This document shows positions 10,268 through 20,493 of a stretch of 64,000 bases of DNA, piece after piece; position 1 is the first letter of the stretch; each line of letters starts with the position of its first letter. Location of the stretch: the NCBI GenBank assembly GCA_965365475.1, contig CBDUBV010000001.1:19399-83398 (forward strand). Direction: 5' to 3'. Both the position numbers and the translations under genes were made by a program. Origin of the DNA: an uncultured Chthoniobacteraceae bacterium. GTDB taxonomy: Bacteria > Verrucomicrobiota > Verrucomicrobiia > Chthoniobacterales > CAKUMP01. The notes under the pieces were generated by a model. It made no database searches, had not been told where the DNA came from, and saw nothing but the letters and a program-made list of their open reading frames with translations.

Positions 10268-10972
10268 ATGCAATCCATCACCATCCGACGAGCCAACGAG
10301 CGCGGCCGGGCCGATCATGGTTGGCTTAGGTCGTGTCACACATTTAGCTTTGCAGATTACCACGATGCCGCGCACATGGGGTTTCGCTCCTTGCGTGTGA
10401 TCAATGATGACCATGTGGCACCTGGCATGGGATTTGGCAGTCATCCTCACCGGGATATGGAGATTTTCAGCTACGTGATTTCCGGGTCACTCGAGCATAA
10501 AGACAGTCTTGGCAACGGTCGCGTGCTTCGACCGGGCGAGATACAACTTATGAGCGCAGGAACGGGCGTGACACATAGTGAGAACAATCCTTCCACGGAG
10601 GAGTGGCTGCATTTTTTACAAATCTGGATTCGGCCTGAGAAGAGCGGTCTTATGCCGGGCTATACGGAATGGCGCCCTGTTGCCGAAAGCGACGGCTCGC
10701 CCAAGGTGCTTGTGATCTCGCACGATGGCCGCGAGGGGTCTGCCACGATTCATCAGGACGCGGATATTTACAGGATCCGGCTGCGTGCTGGTCAATCCAT
10801 CCAGCATGAGGTGCGGGCGGGGCGGGGTGCATGGTTGCAGATGGCTGAGGGGACACTTGAGATAAATGGCAATGCACTTACCACGGGAGATGGCGCATGC
10901 ACCGAAGAGATGGGCGAGCTAGCTATCGTGGCGAGAAGCCCGGTTGAAGCGCTGTTATTTGATCTAAAATAA
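10268..10972 (+). CDS. pirin family (cupin) protein
   Basis: MQSITIRRANERG..HGWL, and metal-binding HPHRDMEIFSYV. Start at ATG 10268 rather than 10232. Confidence 0.9.
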   Translation: MQSITIRRANERGRADHGWLRSCHTFSFADYHDAAHMGFRSLRVINDDHVAPGMGFGSHPHRDMEIFSYVISGSLEHKDSLGNGRVLRPGEIQLMSAGTGVTHSENNPSTEEWLHFLQIWIRPEKSGLMPGYTEWRPVAESDGSPKVLVISHDGREGSATIHQDADIYRIRLRAGQSIQHEVRAGRGAWLQMAEGTLEINGNALTTGDGACTEEMGELAIVARSPVEALLFDLK

Positions 10973-11037
10973 ACGTGCGACCGGAAGTTCGACATTGGGC
11001 TACATCGCGCAGTGCGCCCCGACTGTCCGCACCCTTG

Positions 11038-12378
11038 TTATACTATTTGAACAATCACCCGACGATAAGATCGTAGCGGAGGATCACCCGCATTGGTCAC
11101 CTCGAGAATGAGATGGCATTCGCCGGGCTCTCCAGATGCTCGAGCATGGAGCGTGGCTGAGTTGGGGTTCTCAAGTGTCATGCTGGCATTACGTTCCCCT
11201 GCCTCTGTGTAAACCCACCAGTGAAAGCTCAATGCACGGGCATCGGGATCGCGTGAGTCGGAGGCGTCCAGCACCAGCGTATCGCCTCGATGTAGCGATC
11301 TGGTGAGAATATTGCGGCCAGCGTCTGCATCGATGCGGACGATGGGCGCATGATTGCTTTCCTGGGGTTTGCGGACGCACCAATCCATGCGTGCTGCGAA
11401 GTCGAGCTGGTAAGCATCGCGCCAACGGCGGATCGGATTGTAGATGGACTGGGCATGCTTGCCGTTGCCCGCTACATAAAGAGCGTCTGCGGCATCGGTA
11501 AACATGGAGAACTCGCCAAACCTTGCTTCGTTGTTCACCGGGCAGCCACCGGACCACACGTTGAGTGTGCGTTGGTTGATGAATCGTCCGCCCCAGCCAC
11601 CTTGCGATATTTTTACAGGATCATGCAGTCCGTTGGGGATGAGGTGAAGCAAAGACGGGGTGTCGCCTTCAAATAAAAACCGGGCATGAGGGTAGAGATC
11701 GCCCAGCGGCCCGTGACCCTCGCGGATGTTGCGATCAAACCATCGCGGCTCGACATACTCGTCGAGATAGCGTTTAGTTTCCGGCCAGACACCATCCACC
11801 CGATTGGAGATGCCGCGCCACTGGTATTGGCTTCGGATAAAATTGAGTTGGGGATAATGCACGGCGAGCCATGCCCCGCAATCGTCCTGCCCCTGGATTT
11901 CATAGACCCATGTTCGCGCGAGCGCGGCGTGCAGTTCGCCAGCCGAAAGCTTTTCTGCCAGCATCTGCACAGCCTGGGCGAGGGTTGCGGCACCACCCCA
12001 GATCGTGACCCAGAGCGGACGAGTATCTCTACGCAGCATGGCATCGGCCAGCAGCGCTGCGCCGGGCGTGGCTTGACCCGTTGACTCAAGGTCATTGCCA
12101 TTGCCAACGGCCACTGTGGACCGCAGCGATTCGGCAGCCGGATAATTCGGGTCGTGCAAACGCAGGTTGCTCAGCACCTGCTCGTAGGCGTCGATCGCTT
12201 TGTAAATCAGGTCGGGACGGAATGCGGACCCGGTGATACTTTTCCATTCGGAAAGCGTGGCGACGAGGCCTTCGATCTCGATTTCATTGGTGTAAAGAAG
12301 CAAGCGGATGAGCGATTGCAGATCATCGGGTTCTTCGGACGAGATATCAGTGAGGACAAAAATTCTGGAGTCTCTCAC
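11038..12378 (-). CDS. DUF1593 / nucleoside-hydrolase-like domain protein with C-terminal Ig-like domain
   Basis: N-terminus RIFVLTDISSEEPDDLQSLIRLLLYTNEIEIEGLVAT is the DUF1593 signature. The GTG start overlaps the sulfatase stop (GTGA). No signal peptide seen. Confidence 0.7.
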   Translation of the reverse strand: MRDSRIFVLTDISSEEPDDLQSLIRLLLYTNEIEIEGLVATLSEWKSITGSAFRPDLIYKAIDAYEQVLSNLRLHDPNYPAAESLRSTVAVGNGNDLESTGQATPGAALLADAMLRRDTRPLWVTIWGGAATLAQAVQMLAEKLSAGELHAALARTWVYEIQGQDDCGAWLAVHYPQLNFIRSQYQWRGISNRVDGVWPETKRYLDEYVEPRWFDRNIREGHGPLGDLYPHARFLFEGDTPSLLHLIPNGLHDPVKISQGGWGGRFINQRTLNVWSGGCPVNNEARFGEFSMFTDAADALYVAGNGKHAQSIYNPIRRWRDAYQLDFAARMDWCVRKPQESNHAPIVRIDADAGRNILTRSLHRGDTLVLDASDSRDPDARALSFHWWVYTEAGERNASMTLENPNSATLHARASGEPGECHLILEVTNAGDPPLRSYRRVIVQIV

Positions 12379-13751
12379 GGTGTAGGACGGAAAAGGGGGT
12401 TGTGTTCTGTGGGCACCGGCGCGTTTATCTCGGCGCGCCAGGACTTCAGCTGGGCCTTTAGCTGAGCGGCTTTCTCTGGCTGAGTATCGGCAAGATTTAT
12501 GGTTTCGCCGATGTCATTTTCGAGATCATACAATTCCAGCGTATTGTCTTCAAAATGCTCGATGAGTTTCCATTTCCCATTGATCACCATGCTGGAGGGC
12601 GTGATGCGAAAGCTGTCCTTCAAAGGTTGATAGCCGGGAAAATGCCAGTATATGCCGCGCTCGGCGAGTGCTGCTGATGGATCGCTGACTTGCTTTGCAA
12701 TGGAGACGCCGTCCAGCGGATAGTCCTGCGGTGGGTGGATGCCTGCCCACTCGAGGATGGTGGGATACAAGTCCACAAGATGAACAGGAGAATCAGATTT
12801 GCCTCCGGAATTTGCCTGTCGGGGTGCACGGATGATCATGGGCACTCGCACTCCGCCTTCGTACAACCAGCCTTTGCCTTCGCGCAATGGAGGTTGCGCT
12901 GTGATGCCGAGTTGGCCGCCATTATCAGAAACAAAAATAACGAAAGTATTGTCCTCAAGCTCCAGACGTTTGAGCGCAGCCAGCAAGTGCCCGATGTTGT
13001 CGTCCATATTGCGCAGCATGGCGGCATAGACTGGGTCGTTGTGCGGGCCATCGGATGGTTTCTTTTTGAAATGCTCGATCCATGCCGGCTTGGCCTGAAG
13101 CGGCACATGGACGGCGTAGTGGGGCAGATAAAGGAAGAAAGGGCGATCCTTTTCCTTTTCCATAAAGGCGATTGCTTCTTTTGTCAGGCGGTCTGTAAGG
13201 TATTCACCCTCGGGCCCATCTGGCAGTGTGGGAATGTTGTAAGGGCTAAAATACGAGGGGGGAGTTCCTTCTTTGTACCCAGCCACGTTGAGTTGGAAGC
13301 CGTGTTTCTCCGGGCTCGATTCCTCGCCGCCCAGATGCCACTTGCCAATGAGCGCGGTTGCGTAACCAGCTTCTTGCAGCGTCTCGGCAAGAGTGACTGA
13401 AGAGGAAGGGAGCGATTCGACATTGGGTATGGGTATGAGACGCTGCTTGGTCCTGTCGCCTCGATCTGAGAGAGACACCATAAACACACCATGTCGTGGA
13501 CTGTATTGTCCGGAAAGAAGCGCGGCGCGCGAAGGGGCGCAGCTCGGAGAGGTGTAAGCGCGGGTGAACTCTGTCCCCTCCCCTGCCAGACGGTCCAGGC
13601 TCGGTGTCTCATAATATTTACTGCCGCGAAAGCCCGCATCGTTCCAACCCATGTCATCGGCGAAGATAAGCACAATATTTGGCGGACGCTCCGCATGGAG
13701 ACTGGGGAGGGGGAGGAGTGCTGCCAGACAAGCAAGAGACAAGAGTTTCAT
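12375..13751 (-). CDS. secreted formylglycine-dependent sulfatase (arylsulfatase A family)
   Basis: Signal peptide MKLLSLACLAALLPLPSLHA. IVLIFADDMGWND. CxPxR motif in SPSCAPSRAALLSG. Alternative start at 13772. Confidence 0.9.
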   Translation of the reverse strand: MKLLSLACLAALLPLPSLHAERPPNIVLIFADDMGWNDAGFRGSKYYETPSLDRLAGEGTEFTRAYTSPSCAPSRAALLSGQYSPRHGVFMVSLSDRGDRTKQRLIPIPNVESLPSSSVTLAETLQEAGYATALIGKWHLGGEESSPEKHGFQLNVAGYKEGTPPSYFSPYNIPTLPDGPEGEYLTDRLTKEAIAFMEKEKDRPFFLYLPHYAVHVPLQAKPAWIEHFKKKPSDGPHNDPVYAAMLRNMDDNIGHLLAALKRLELEDNTFVIFVSDNGGQLGITAQPPLREGKGWLYEGGVRVPMIIRAPRQANSGGKSDSPVHLVDLYPTILEWAGIHPPQDYPLDGVSIAKQVSDPSAALAERGIYWHFPGYQPLKDSFRITPSSMVINGKWKLIEHFEDNTLELYDLENDIGETINLADTQPEKAAQLKAQLKSWRAEINAPVPTEHNPLFRPTP

Positions 13752-13765
13752 AAATAGGATGAGGT

Positions 13766-16300
13766 TTACCATTCGATCAAGATATCTCCCTCGACATGCT
13801 CAATGCGGACGAGCGGGCCATACGAAGTGGTTTGGATGACAGGGTCCACAAAATCTCCCACGAGATATGGAAAAACAGGATTGCGTAAAATGCGAATGGG
13901 ACGCGTGGAGCCTGGGTCAGTCAGAAAATGTAGCGTCGCATCACGGCATCCGCTTACTAACATGCGTCGGTACACTCGATGGCCCACCGGGCACTGGAAG
14001 CGCGCTCTGTACATGCCATCCCCGCCGGACTCGACGAACACTCGCGCTTCGTGCGACCAGGCCCGGACACCCGTGACCTCGCTTGCTCCATCCACCACGC
14101 GTTGACGTCGAAATGTAAACAGTGGTGCCCCGAGGGGATGCCGCAGCATAAGCCGGGCATTCTCGTCCAAATGGTAGCCGGAATAGTGAAATGCGTTTCG
14201 GTGCCGGTGGATTGTGACATAGGGGCTACGCGGGACCGAGGCGCAGTCGGCCACTGCGCAACGCCACCCCATGGCATCCAAGGCAAAACGAACCAAGCGT
14301 CCATAAGGAAAAAAATCAGCCGAATTCATCGGTCGCAGGATTGGTCCGCGAATGGGCTCTGGCTGCGCGGGGTCGAACTCTGCGGTCGAGAGTGAGCCGC
14401 GCACCCATGCCAACGCGCTTCCCGCCAAAGCGCTGGCTATTCGCACATGATCGCCCTGGCGAGCCAGGGTGAGATGACGCACGTCGTGGGGGGGAGCGGG
14501 AGCTGCTGTTTCCGCGAAGCCACCTGCTGAGAGGAATCCGGTGTGCCGCAATGTCCGGCCGAGTCCTGTCATGTTTTCTCCCTTGGGCACATGACCGATC
14601 TGCAATGTAAAGTCTCCCTCAAGCTCCTCGCCAAGCTCCAGGCCCAGGCGGGAAAGAAACGCAGATTCGGCGGGGATCGGACCGTACAATAATACCGAGC
14701 CGCCAGCATGCAGCACCGCCGATAGAGTGCGCTCTTCCTGCGAACTTGGTGATGGAACCGGGCTGAAGAAAACTCGACCGGGAGCAATGCCCTGCTCTAT
14801 GGCAGTGCGGAGATCCGCCAGATCGATCACGGTATTCAGCGGCACGGCGTCGTTGATCACTGTGCCGATAAATGTATCTGCGTGAAATGGAATGTGCGGT
14901 AATCCCTTTTTCTCGACCAGATCGTGAAACGCGTCGAACGGATAAGCCCAGATCATTGGCCCCGCAGCGTCAGGTGCGAATTCACGCGCTCGCAGCAGAT
15001 GGGCAGTGACTTCGTTCGGCACACTAAGCGGCATGCGACCGTCGGAATCGTCAATGCTAAGAAACGCGATGTCCCGAGCGATTTCCACCGAGCCATCAGG
15101 CTTCACACGACTCACCGCCGATGGGAGGAAAATATCGTGCGGATTGCGCTCGTATCGGTCGAGGTAAGGGCTGTTTTTCCACCAGGGATCGTGGATGTAA
15201 AACCGAAACCGAAAGGTATCACCCGGGTGCCGCGCGATGTGCGACATCCAGCCGGAGAGTTCCAATCCGAAGTCGCCGTCCAGGGCGGCCCACGGGGAGT
15301 TAACGGGCGCATCCACATGAAACTCCGGCGAGTAAATATCGCGCAATGGGGATGCATCCGAGCCGAGATCGATCCCGGTGCACAGGTTGGTGCCGCGGGT
15401 GCGGATGCGGTAGCGCGGAGGGAACTCGCTACGCAAGTCCTGCCAGAATTTTAATATCCGCATCCGAGTGCCTTGTGCGGCTTCCGGATAAAAATGCATG
15501 CCATCGAACAGATTGCCCACCAGAGCCCAGGGCTCGAGCGCAAAGCCGAAACCGTTTGAAAGCCACAAGAAATCGAACCCGATGTCTTCGAAGAACAGTC
15601 GCGCCTGGCGGCCAAGAAAAATGCCGAACGGTGTCTGGTCGGGGATACCCTCGGGAAAGCCTGCATACTCCCGCTTATCGCCGTGAAGTACGGCTTCGCA
15701 TGAGACAAACTGACCTTTGAATAAACTGTTGCCGCCAGCCAAAATCTCAGGATGCCAGGTGTATTTGAAACGGGAAACCGCGAATTCTGGACCAATATCA
15801 AAAGTCTCACCCACGAGTATTTTCTTACCAAGCATCTCGTTGCCGATCCGTTTCAGGTCCATGACCAGATCGCGCAGCCAAAGAAAAGTGAACTCTGCCG
15901 GGGAGTCTCTATACAAGTAGGAGCGCCGGTGCAACCCGATGCCATCGGGGTCGTGCGCATCGTCCCATGCATGGACGCCCGTGCAGTTTTCATCAGAATT
16001 TGCCTGTTTGGCCTTGCGCGAGAGTTTCCATTCGTGCGCGTTTGCGCTGCCTTGGTAGCGTCCCCATTCAAAAGTCCGATCCAGCTTCCCATCATACTCA
16101 AGCAGCTCCGAACCATCGCCGACCCAAAGCAGTATGGACACGGTTTGGGCGTGACGAACCAGCGCACGCCATTGCTCAAATATCTCGCGACATACCGCTT
16201 CGCGAGTTCCCGGAGTCACATCGAAAAACGGTTTCAACGACATCTCAAGTTGGACATCGTTGAGTCGATACCCGTCGGGAACCTGCATCTCGGAATTCAT
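13766..16300 (-). CDS. uncharacterised 844-aa cytoplasmic protein (possible novel glycoside hydrolase, by context only)
   Basis: Long ORF with protein-like composition and no signal peptide. It is packed between the sulfatase (overlapping the alternative 13772 start; 14-bp gap to the annotated 13751 start) and the isomerase (18-bp gap). I recognised no family motif. Confidence 0.7.
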   Translation of the reverse strand: MNSEMQVPDGYRLNDVQLEMSLKPFFDVTPGTREAVCREIFEQWRALVRHAQTVSILLWVGDGSELLEYDGKLDRTFEWGRYQGSANAHEWKLSRKAKQANSDENCTGVHAWDDAHDPDGIGLHRRSYLYRDSPAEFTFLWLRDLVMDLKRIGNEMLGKKILVGETFDIGPEFAVSRFKYTWHPEILAGGNSLFKGQFVSCEAVLHGDKREYAGFPEGIPDQTPFGIFLGRQARLFFEDIGFDFLWLSNGFGFALEPWALVGNLFDGMHFYPEAAQGTRMRILKFWQDLRSEFPPRYRIRTRGTNLCTGIDLGSDASPLRDIYSPEFHVDAPVNSPWAALDGDFGLELSGWMSHIARHPGDTFRFRFYIHDPWWKNSPYLDRYERNPHDIFLPSAVSRVKPDGSVEIARDIAFLSIDDSDGRMPLSVPNEVTAHLLRAREFAPDAAGPMIWAYPFDAFHDLVEKKGLPHIPFHADTFIGTVINDAVPLNTVIDLADLRTAIEQGIAPGRVFFSPVPSPSSQEERTLSAVLHAGGSVLLYGPIPAESAFLSRLGLELGEELEGDFTLQIGHVPKGENMTGLGRTLRHTGFLSAGGFAETAAPAPPHDVRHLTLARQGDHVRIASALAGSALAWVRGSLSTAEFDPAQPEPIRGPILRPMNSADFFPYGRLVRFALDAMGWRCAVADCASVPRSPYVTIHRHRNAFHYSGYHLDENARLMLRHPLGAPLFTFRRQRVVDGASEVTGVRAWSHEARVFVESGGDGMYRARFQCPVGHRVYRRMLVSGCRDATLHFLTDPGSTRPIRILRNPVFPYLVGDFVDPVIQTTSYGPLVRIEHVEGDILIEW

Positions 16301-16318
16301 GAGGCGTGGCTCCTGGCT

Positions 16319-17788
16319 CTACTCAGCGCGACGCACAACCACGCATTCCACCCCCAGGCAGTGTGCCACGCGCTCCAAGGCCTGAGCGTGGTGCCCAGTG
16401 CCCAATGCGAAGTGGTGTGTGGGCCCTTCGGCCACCCATTTGCACAGAAATTTGCGAATGTCTTTCCCAAATCGACCGTGTGTGTTGGTGTTGCCAGTGG
16501 GCGGGATCGGGCGGCGTTCGGATTCTCCTTCTGCGATGATAAATTTAAATTTCCCCTCTCCTGTCTGACCAATGCTCATCATGGTTATGGGGCCTTCTTT
16601 AATTTGAAACTCCACGCCCGCTCCGCTCCCTGGCTTGCCATGGTATTTCTTCAAGCTGCGCAGGACAGGCCTGCCCTGCGCAATCTTGATATGGTGCGGG
16701 CCATCGTGTCCTACAAGCACAGTATCCTGCCGGAAATCAACGGGATGGAATTCGGCAAAACTTCCACCAATTCCCAAGCGGTCAAAGATGAGCATCGCGA
16801 TGCAATTTTTAATATCGAATTCTCCACACATGGGGAATCCATCGCCTGTGAGCAACGAATTACCCACGATCAGGTTGGTCATCAGCGTGCGCATCTCGCT
16901 GCCGGGATCGCCTTCATAGTAATAGGCAAGCCCGGTGAGGTCTTTCTCCGCGATCAATCCATCGAGAGCGACCGCACAGCGCGCGGCGGTCTCCAGGTCC
17001 GCGTCAGTCAACTTCGTAGTGATCGGATCGCTCACGGGGTCGGGTGTGTCGAAGAAATCCAGAATGCGCTGGCGCTTTGCTGCGATGGCTTCGCTGTCCG
17101 CAGCGGTGTAGTGCCGCAACAGATCGTGCGGCTCAAGCAGGGGCACGTGACACCCAAATGTTGAGGTCACCGCGCATGGGTCCGCATGCATGTCATACAT
17201 CGCTTCCAGCACGTGGCCCATGAGACCGATGCGGCCTTTGCGCAGGCTGTGCAACACCTTTGCCACGCCACACCAGGAAGCGATATCCGCCTCGGCGACC
17301 GGATCGTTGTCTTCGTGACCCAGAATCACCGGCGGCACGGGCCGACCGAAACGCACAGCCACACCGGTAAACTCCGGCACCGAGCAGAAATCATCGTTGC
17401 ATAACTGCATGTGAGTCGTGCCGTTGGGGTAGTCCATGGCATCCAACGGTTGCAATGCGACCAGCACGATGGGCACACGCACTTCCCGACAGATCACGCC
17501 GAAAGTTGACGAAGTGGCATACGTGGCCATATCTACAAAAAGCATATCTACATCCGCCGCCTGGATCGTGGGCACGACTTCCCAGGCCGCTTTGGCACTA
17601 TCCACCATGCCGAAATCGTGCACAGCGATGTCGTGCGATTCCAGTCGGGCTCGAACCACGGCGACCTTGCGATGCATCTCCTCCAGCAAACCTTCGAATT
17701 GAGGCCAATAAGTATGGTGGCCGACGGCCACCAGCCCGACTCGGGCGCGGATAGGGTTGGAGGAATCATCGATGGGCATAGATGGCAA
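16319..17788 (-). CDS. L-arabinose/L-fucose isomerase family protein
   Basis: 489 aa. N-terminal RVGLVAVGHHTYWPQ. C-terminal GEFD..GSFAEFH..LVGHDGPHH..HHFALGTGHH resembles the AraA/FucI fold. Confidence 0.8.
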   Translation of the reverse strand: MPSMPIDDSSNPIRARVGLVAVGHHTYWPQFEGLLEEMHRKVAVVRARLESHDIAVHDFGMVDSAKAAWEVVPTIQAADVDMLFVDMATYATSSTFGVICREVRVPIVLVALQPLDAMDYPNGTTHMQLCNDDFCSVPEFTGVAVRFGRPVPPVILGHEDNDPVAEADIASWCGVAKVLHSLRKGRIGLMGHVLEAMYDMHADPCAVTSTFGCHVPLLEPHDLLRHYTAADSEAIAAKRQRILDFFDTPDPVSDPITTKLTDADLETAARCAVALDGLIAEKDLTGLAYYYEGDPGSEMRTLMTNLIVGNSLLTGDGFPMCGEFDIKNCIAMLIFDRLGIGGSFAEFHPVDFRQDTVLVGHDGPHHIKIAQGRPVLRSLKKYHGKPGSGAGVEFQIKEGPITMMSIGQTGEGKFKFIIAEGESERRPIPPTGNTNTHGRFGKDIRKFLCKWVAEGPTHHFALGTGHHAQALERVAHCLGVECVVVRRAE

Positions 17789-18216
17789 GAGGGTAAAATA
17801 TGGATTGAAACACGCACAGAGATACAGGCTTCAAAGACTGCAGCTCGAACTCAGAGCGCAAATACATCGCAACCGAACGATCTCGTCAACGGTAAAAAAT
17901 CAATGCTTTGATATATTGATCGTAAGACATGGGCCGCAGCGCATGCCGTCTATTCGATTGCCGACCATCCATCTCTTGAGCGCGAGGTTTTTTCTTTAAA
18001 TTTGCTCAGTATCTGAAACGCTATCGCGGATGAAAAGCTTGTGCGTATTTTTTATACTCGCGACTGCTGGAGCGGCGGGTGTGGTGGAGACTTTTGATTT
18101 TGGAAATGGGGTGTGAGCCACTGATTGAACGGGCATGCGGTTCGGCTAATGCAACGGGATGCGTTGAAATAGCGTAGCTGTCGGCGACAAGTATATTCTA
18201 GCTTGCGGTCGCTGCC

Positions 18217-20331
18217 ATGCACGCCGCTTCCACTCCAGCCCCACCAGAGCCAACCGGCGAGGATATTGCCATCGGCACGGCCTCTTCTCGGAGTGCGGGG
18301 GAACGCGGGCCTGCGAACGCACAATCTGTTCAGACACCTGAAGATGCGAGCCGTAAGGAAGTGGTGATATATGCCTTTGGCAATGTGGAGGGCGCGATCG
18401 CGGACAATGTCCCGCACGTTCTACAAAACATCCTGATCGTGGCCATGCATGTGAACCCGCTGCTGCTGGGTCTGGTGCTTGGCATCAAGACTCTGTGGGA
18501 TAGCGTGACTGACCCGATCATGGCGCATTTTACTGATAATGCGCGGACAAGGTGGGGTCGGCGTCGCCCATTTATCCTCATCGGAGGAGTCGGGCGGATG
18601 CTTTTCCTAGTGGCATTTATCGCCTTCATACCTACCAGTGGACGCATCGCTCCCAATGCCGTGATGGAAGCTCAGAAGTTCGCGAATGAAGCCATCGCCA
18701 CCGCATCGGCAAGCCATCGTGGCCTGGTCGAGCTATCTGCACGATGGGCGCGGGCCGAAGGACCCGAGCGCGAACAGTTGCGCGAAAAGATAATCGCCTT
18801 AAGGCAGGATGCCGCCGAAGCCTCGCTGCTCCTTGCCACACACCTGCCGACTCTGCTTGCAGACGCAGATAAACGCAGACAGGCGCACCGCGAAAAACAA
18901 GACGCATACGCGGCACTGGGCGGGGATGCGACACCCGCTACCCGGACACGCGAAGAAGGTGCCCTCCGCGCTGCTGCTGACGAGGTGGCGACCGCGGATC
19001 GGCTGCTCGCCAAGGTTCGACAAGCAAGACGCGAACTCATCGCAGCCAGCTTTCTCTCGCAGCACCTTGTAGAACCCGTCGGCTCCGCGCACATGCTTCA
19101 GGGCATGGCGGACGAAGCATTCCGCGATGGCGGGTTTGAGTCGATGGATATCTTCCGCGTGCCAGAGGCTCCTCTGCCCTCGCCCCGCGAACGCCAGTCG
19201 CTCTGGCACAAGATCGATGCGGGATACGCGGCTTTTTTCGATGCAAAAAACGCAGACCAACGCGCACTTGTTATTTATCTTCTCCTGGGCCATTTGATCT
19301 TTACCACCCTGACCACGGTGAACTCGGTGCCTTACTTCGCACTTGGTATCGAGCTAAGTCCTTCCTACGACGGCCGCACACAAGTAGTGACCTACCGCGC
19401 GATCATGAACAAAGTCGCGGGGCTTGCCCAGCCGTGGGTGCCGGTCCTGTGTTTTTCTCTCTTATTTGTCACCGCCGTGCAGGGGCTGTTTTGGGTGGCA
19501 TTTTTCGCGGCAGCCATCGGCATACCCAGCACGATCATTATGTGCTTATACACCCGCGAACGCACGCATGGCACCCTCGCGCAGAAGAGGAATCCGCCAA
19601 ACATGTTTCGGTCAATCTTTGAGATTGCACGGAACCCGCATTTTCTACGGGTCTTCGCGCTCTTCACGTTTATCTCCGTGATCAACGGCGTATTCGCGCA
19701 GATGGGCTTTTACCTGAATGTCTATTGGGTTATGGGTTCGGCGTTATCGGGCGCAACGCTTGGCGCATGGATTGCGATGGTGGCCTGGGGGCTGGGACTG
19801 CTTAGTCTCCCGTTGATCAACTGGGCCTGCCGACGTTTTCAGAAACATCGAGTGCTCGCAGTATCGATCCTCTGGATGTCCTTTGGCTCCGCACTTAAAT
19901 GGTGGGCTGTGGACCCGGAACACCCCGGCTATCAGTTCATACTTCCGCTGTTTTTTTCAGTCGGCATCGCCAGCGTCTATACGGTACTGCCAGCGATGCT
20001 TGCCGACGTAACCGATGTGGACGAGTTGCGGCATGGAGCACGCCGCGAAGGGATGTTTGGTGCGGTGAATGCTTTTCTCATGAAAATGGCCGGCGCGCTC
20101 ACTCCGATCGTCGCGGGTGCAGTGCTGGTCCTGGCCGGGTTCGACCCAGGGCTCGAATATCGGCAATCCGAGCACACCATTTTATGGATGCGCATTATGT
20201 ATTCTTTCCTGCCAGCAACGTTGATGCTTTTTGTTCTTTTGATCCTGTGGCGCTATCCGCTGACCCGCCAGCGCGTGGCTGCCATAAAAACCGAGCTTGC
20301 TTTGAGACATTCGCACGCAGCCACAGCCTAA
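18217..20331 (+). CDS. GPH-family (MelB/YicJ-like) glycoside-pentoside-hexuronide:cation symporter with large TM3-TM4 loop insertion
   Basis: LWDSVTDPIMAHFTDNARTRWGRRRPF aligns to MelB [27 protein letters not shown]. About 12 hydrophobic segments. Residues ~141-350 form a hydrophilic A/R/E-rich insert. Confidence 0.8.
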   Translation: MHAASTPAPPEPTGEDIAIGTASSRSAGERGPANAQSVQTPEDASRKEVVIYAFGNVEGAIADNVPHVLQNILIVAMHVNPLLLGLVLGIKTLWDSVTDPIMAHFTDNARTRWGRRRPFILIGGVGRMLFLVAFIAFIPTSGRIAPNAVMEAQKFANEAIATASASHRGLVELSARWARAEGPEREQLREKIIALRQDAAEASLLLATHLPTLLADADKRRQAHREKQDAYAALGGDATPATRTREEGALRAAADEVATADRLLAKVRQARRELIAASFLSQHLVEPVGSAHMLQGMADEAFRDGGFESMDIFRVPEAPLPSPRERQSLWHKIDAGYAAFFDAKNADQRALVIYLLLGHLIFTTLTTVNSVPYFALGIELSPSYDGRTQVVTYRAIMNKVAGLAQPWVPVLCFSLLFVTAVQGLFWVAFFAAAIGIPSTIIMCLYTRERTHGTLAQKRNPPNMFRSIFEIARNPHFLRVFALFTFISVINGVFAQMGFYLNVYWVMGSALSGATLGAWIAMVAWGLGLLSLPLINWACRRFQKHRVLAVSILWMSFGSALKWWAVDPEHPGYQFILPLFFSVGIASVYTVLPAMLADVTDVDELRHGARREGMFGAVNAFLMKMAGALTPIVAGAVLVLAGFDPGLEYRQSEHTILWMRIMYSFLPATLMLFVLLILWRYPLTRQRVAAIKTELALRHSHAATA

Positions 20332-20493
20332 ATAATTACCTCTTGTTGAAATATGATTTTTCTTGACGCCATCAAAATATTACGCGACCCACCCACGTAT
20401 CAACCGTTTGATTTTCTCTGCAACATTTCACTTACATCTCAGATAAACCAATAACTGCACATTCAGTCTCATCTATTAAACAGACATACAAAT

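Noticed and set aside
15752-17164. 470-aa ORF on the plus strand
   Set aside because: It is antisense to the 844-aa gene and the isomerase gene, both better supported. It is a shadow ORF.
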